Virus record (IMG/VR): IMGVR_UViG_3300017681_000001
Span: 1-64,000 of that record
Strand: one strand, 5' to 3'
Length of the DNA: 64,000 nt
DNA from: a virus
Below the pieces are notes generated by a model, which ran no database searches, had not been told where the DNA came from, and saw only the letters and a list, made by a program, of their open reading frames with translations. The translations under genes were made by a program, and so were the position numbers. This document shows positions 61,629 to 64,000 of this stretch, in pieces. Every line of letters begins with the position of its first letter. The first letter of the stretch is position 1.

Positions 61629-62474
61629 TCAGGGGAAGGTCGAAGCGTTGATGAAGCGGGCGGTGCGGAGGGCGCGGCCGGTGTCGCCGTTGACCGGGAA
61701 CGACCAGGTCGACACGCCGTCCGACATCAGCACCGCTTCGGCGCGGGGGCTCGCCAGGACGCGGGCCGGCAGGCCGTTGATCGTGTCGCCGCTTGCCGCC
61801 GCGATCGTGAGGGTGTTGGCGCTCGAGATGCCCCCCACGATGTCGAGGATGCGGAACTGGACGCCGTTGGAGACGGAGGCGGCCGTTGGCAGGGTCCACG
61901 TGCGCGGGGCCGTCAGGGGCGTCGCCACGACGATGATGCGATCGGTGGAGAGAAGCGTCGTGTTCGTGTCGCCGGGGCTCTTGTAGGAGATGCCCTGCGC
62001 GACCTGAGCCACCAGGGCGGTGACGAAGGCCGTGGTGGCGAGCCGCTGCGAGTTGTCGCCCTGGGGCTGGGTCGGCGCCGTCGGCGTGCCGGTGAAGACC
62101 GGGGATGCCAGGGGCGCCTTGGCCGCCAGGGCATTCGTGATGGTCGTCGCGAAGTTCGGGTCGTTGCCGAGCGCGAGGGCCAGTTCGTTAAGGGTGTCGA
62201 GGGCGCCGGGGGCGCTCGCGATGAGCGCCGTGACGGCGGCCTGGATGTCGGCCGGCGTCGCCTTGCTGTCGAGTGCCGATTGCAGGCCCGCCACGTCCTC
62301 GATGACGAGCGCGGCGATGGCCGCCGCCACCGCATCCGCCACCTTGGGGTCAATGGCCGCGATGGCGTCGTAGAGCTCCGTGAAGTTCGCGTTGGCCTTA
62401 CGGAACGCGTTGCGGATCGGATCGCCGCCACGGTCGTTCGCGGTCGCCCCGACGAGGATGAGCTGCTGCGGCAT
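61629..62474 (-). CDS. Tail fibre protein
   Basis: GDPIRNAFRKANANFTELY N-terminal motif and LASPVFTGTPTAPTQPQGDNSQRLATTAFV fibre repeat motif. Confidence 0.75.
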   Translation of the reverse strand: MPQQLILVGATANDRGGDPIRNAFRKANANFTELYDAIAAIDPKVADAVAAAIAALVIEDVAGLQSALDSKATPADIQAAVTALIASAPGALDTLNELALALGNDPNFATTITNALAAKAPLASPVFTGTPTAPTQPQGDNSQRLATTAFVTALVAQVAQGISYKSPGDTNTTLLSTDRIIVVATPLTAPRTWTLPTAASVSNGVQFRILDIVGGISSANTLTIAAASGDTINGLPARVLASPRAEAVLMSDGVSTWSFPVNGDTGRALRTARFINASTFP

Positions 62475-62481
62475 CGGGCGC

Positions 62482-63072
62482 TCAGTCCATCAGCTCGGCG
62501 AAGGCTTTGTCGACGCCCGACTTTGCCCGGATGCTGTTCGCCGCGATTTTGGCGCGGACCGTCTCAGCCACGGCGGTGCACGCCTTCATGTGCTTGCCGA
62601 TGGCGATGATCCGCGCCTTGGCCTCGGCAAGCGTCAGACTCACGGGCCCATTCGTGTCGGAGTAGGTGACCGTCTCGTCGCCCACCAGATTCGCGAAGGT
62701 GAAGGCGTTCGTCAGATGGCTCTGACTGTCGAGGTCAGTCGGGACGCGCGTGCCTTCGACGGTGACGCCGGCCGCCTGCGCATCGGCGAGCACCTTGGCG
62801 GCGTAGTCGTCGAGCGAGGCGTAGACGCCGGCCGGCAATTCGGCCTGCAGAGCTTCGGCCGACTGTGCGTCCTCGGCGTCGCGGGGCCACGGCGTCGCTC
62901 GGCGCCCCGAGCCGATCCACACGGCATAGTCGGGGTCGGATCCGGATACGACGCTGCCTCGCGCAGAAGAGTAGACGGCGCCATCGTCGCGCAACCAGTA
63001 CCAGTCGCCCGGCGTGTAGGGCGGCGGCAGGGTACGCGGCAGGAGGTCTTCGGCAGCTTGATTGTCAGGCAT
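62482..63072 (-). CDS. Fibre-associated protein (DUF4376-like, possible assembly factor)
   Basis: ATG at 63072. Its position between two fibre genes supports the call. Confidence 0.4.
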   Translation of the reverse strand: MPDNQAAEDLLPRTLPPPYTPGDWYWLRDDGAVYSSARGSVVSGSDPDYAVWIGSGRRATPWPRDAEDAQSAEALQAELPAGVYASLDDYAAKVLADAQAAGVTVEGTRVPTDLDSQSHLTNAFTFANLVGDETVTYSDTNGPVSLTLAEAKARIIAIGKHMKACTAVAETVRAKIAANSIRAKSGVDKAFAELMD

Positions 63073-64000
63073 ACTGGCCTCCAAGGGCAGTCGTGCCGGC
63101 CACCGTGCCGGGGAACACGGACTGCCCGGCCCCGAAGACGATGATCACGGCGTTGAGATTGACGAAGTAGCGGGCCCCGCTGGCGCCGCCGGAGAAGCTC
63201 GCGCCGGGCGTCACGTAGATCTGGCCGCCGCCGTTGGCGTAGGCCGCGGCGGTCGTGAAAGTGGGCGAGCCCTGGATGATGACGACAGCCGGGGCGAAGT
63301 TGATGGTGCCGCCAGTCGCGGCGAACAGGCCGGACGACGAACCCGCGAAGATGCAGCCATCTTGGATGTTGATGGTCGAGCCTGGGCCGGCGCCGACATG
63401 GTAGCCGGTCGTTGTCGTGGTGGTGAGGAACGTGACGTTCTTGAACGCGACGTTGACGCCGCCGTTCGTGGTGATGCAGCCGCCCGAAGCGCTGTTGTTC
63501 TGAACGGTGAGGCCGCGAAAATCGACGCCCGCACTGCCGGCCACGCCGAGCGAGCCGCTGATGATGTAGGCCGCCTGATTGCTCAGATCGCCCTGAATGA
63601 CGACGTTCGAGTTGGGCCGCAGGCCGGTCGGCGCCGCATAGGTGCCGGGCGTCCCGAGCTGGATCGTGAGCGGCTGGCCCGTCAGGACGAGATAGGTGAT
63701 GCCGTATTGGTAGGCCGCTCCGATGGAGGCGAAGGCCTTTGACGGGGTGTTGTCCGAGCCCTTATTGGCATCCGAGCCGTCGGTCCGGACGTAGAGGATC
63801 GGGGTCGCGACAACGCGCTGCGCCTCGCCCTGCGCGAGGCTGGTGAGCCGGAAGAACCCGCTGGTGAGGCTGCCGATGTAGCGCAGGATCGCCGGAGCAC
63901 CCTGCGGAAGGTCGCCGCTCTGGAGGGGCGTGCCGTTGTTGCGCCGGATCTCGCGGTTGCCGAGGCCGTTCACCGAGAGGAATGCCGCGTCCGTGTTGCT
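63065..64000 (-). CDS. Tailspike / fibre with a right-handed beta-helix (pectate-lyase-like) domain, 5' end outside the window
   Basis: The frame is open to 64000 (…SNTDAAFLSVNGLGNREIRRNNGTPLQSGDL). ILYVRTDGSDANKGSDNTPSKAF plus a repetitive G/N/T-rich beta-helix-like sequence. Confidence 0.6.
   Translation of the reverse strand, partial: SNTDAAFLSVNGLGNREIRRNNGTPLQSGDLPQGAPAILRYIGSLTSGFFRLTSLAQGEAQRVVATPILYVRTDGSDANKGSDNTPSKAFASIGAAYQYGITYLVLTGQPLTIQLGTPGTYAAPTGLRPNSNVVIQGDLSNQAAYIISGSLGVAGSAGVDFRGLTVQNNSASGGCITTNGGVNVAFKNVTFLTTTTTTGYHVGAGPGSTINIQDGCIFAGSSSGLFAATGGTINFAPAVVIIQGSPTFTTAAAYANGGGQIYVTPGASFSGGASGARYFVNLNAVIIVFGAGQSVFPGTVAGTTALGGQYA

Larger units (their letters stand above)
1..64000. 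mobile_element. Temperate contractile-tailed phage (prophage or unintegrated genome) with lambda-like module order
   Basis: Continuous phage modules across the window: integrase plus att core, CI-like repressor, replication/recombination genes, terminase, portal, capsid, sheath, tube, tape measure, fibres, holin and endolysin. No host housekeeping genes seen. Confidence 0.85.

Overview
The whole 64 kb window is high-GC (about 65-75% in the lines I counted) phage DNA of alphaproteobacterial type. The clues to host type are a MucR/Ros homologue, a GTA-type 3-TM holin and a possible GcrA-like HTH. No clearly host housekeeping gene is visible. Read on the minus strand from 64000 to 1, the order is lambda-like. 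It runs: tail fibres/tailspike (63973-55135), lysis cassette (54126-51750), a plus-strand accessory arm (44169-51683), an attP-like site holding the 3' 45 nt of tRNA-Lys(UUU) (44027-44071), and integrase, putative excisionase and an early-left operon (43914-34939, plus strand). It continues with a CI-like S24 repressor (33724-34500), repeated 16-bp operators, and an early-right operon (33618-22311). That operon carries RusA, HNH, C5 and N6 methyltransferases, DUF1376, an SNF2 helicase, a nuclease, MazG and a NusG-like protein. Then come the terminase, portal, head, sheath, tube and tape measure genes (19933-4646), a 4.4 kb accessory island (197-4645), and the start of a distal-tail gene that runs off the left edge. 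Several strongly low-GC, opposite-strand or oddly placed cassettes look like morons. The best candidate for an undescribed system is the RHH + 335-aa + 2-TM + SPOR-like cluster at 2442-4645. Other candidates are an orphan 235-aa gene at 21372-22079, a membrane protein plus hexapeptide acyltransferase inside the fibre module (58301-60306), and an IS110 C-terminal-domain-only protein with a partner gene (197-1598). Also notable are five DNA methyltransferase or MTase-like genes and an HD-domain small alarmone hydrolase-like gene. All functional calls rest on motifs I recognised by eye in the supplied translations; no database search was run.
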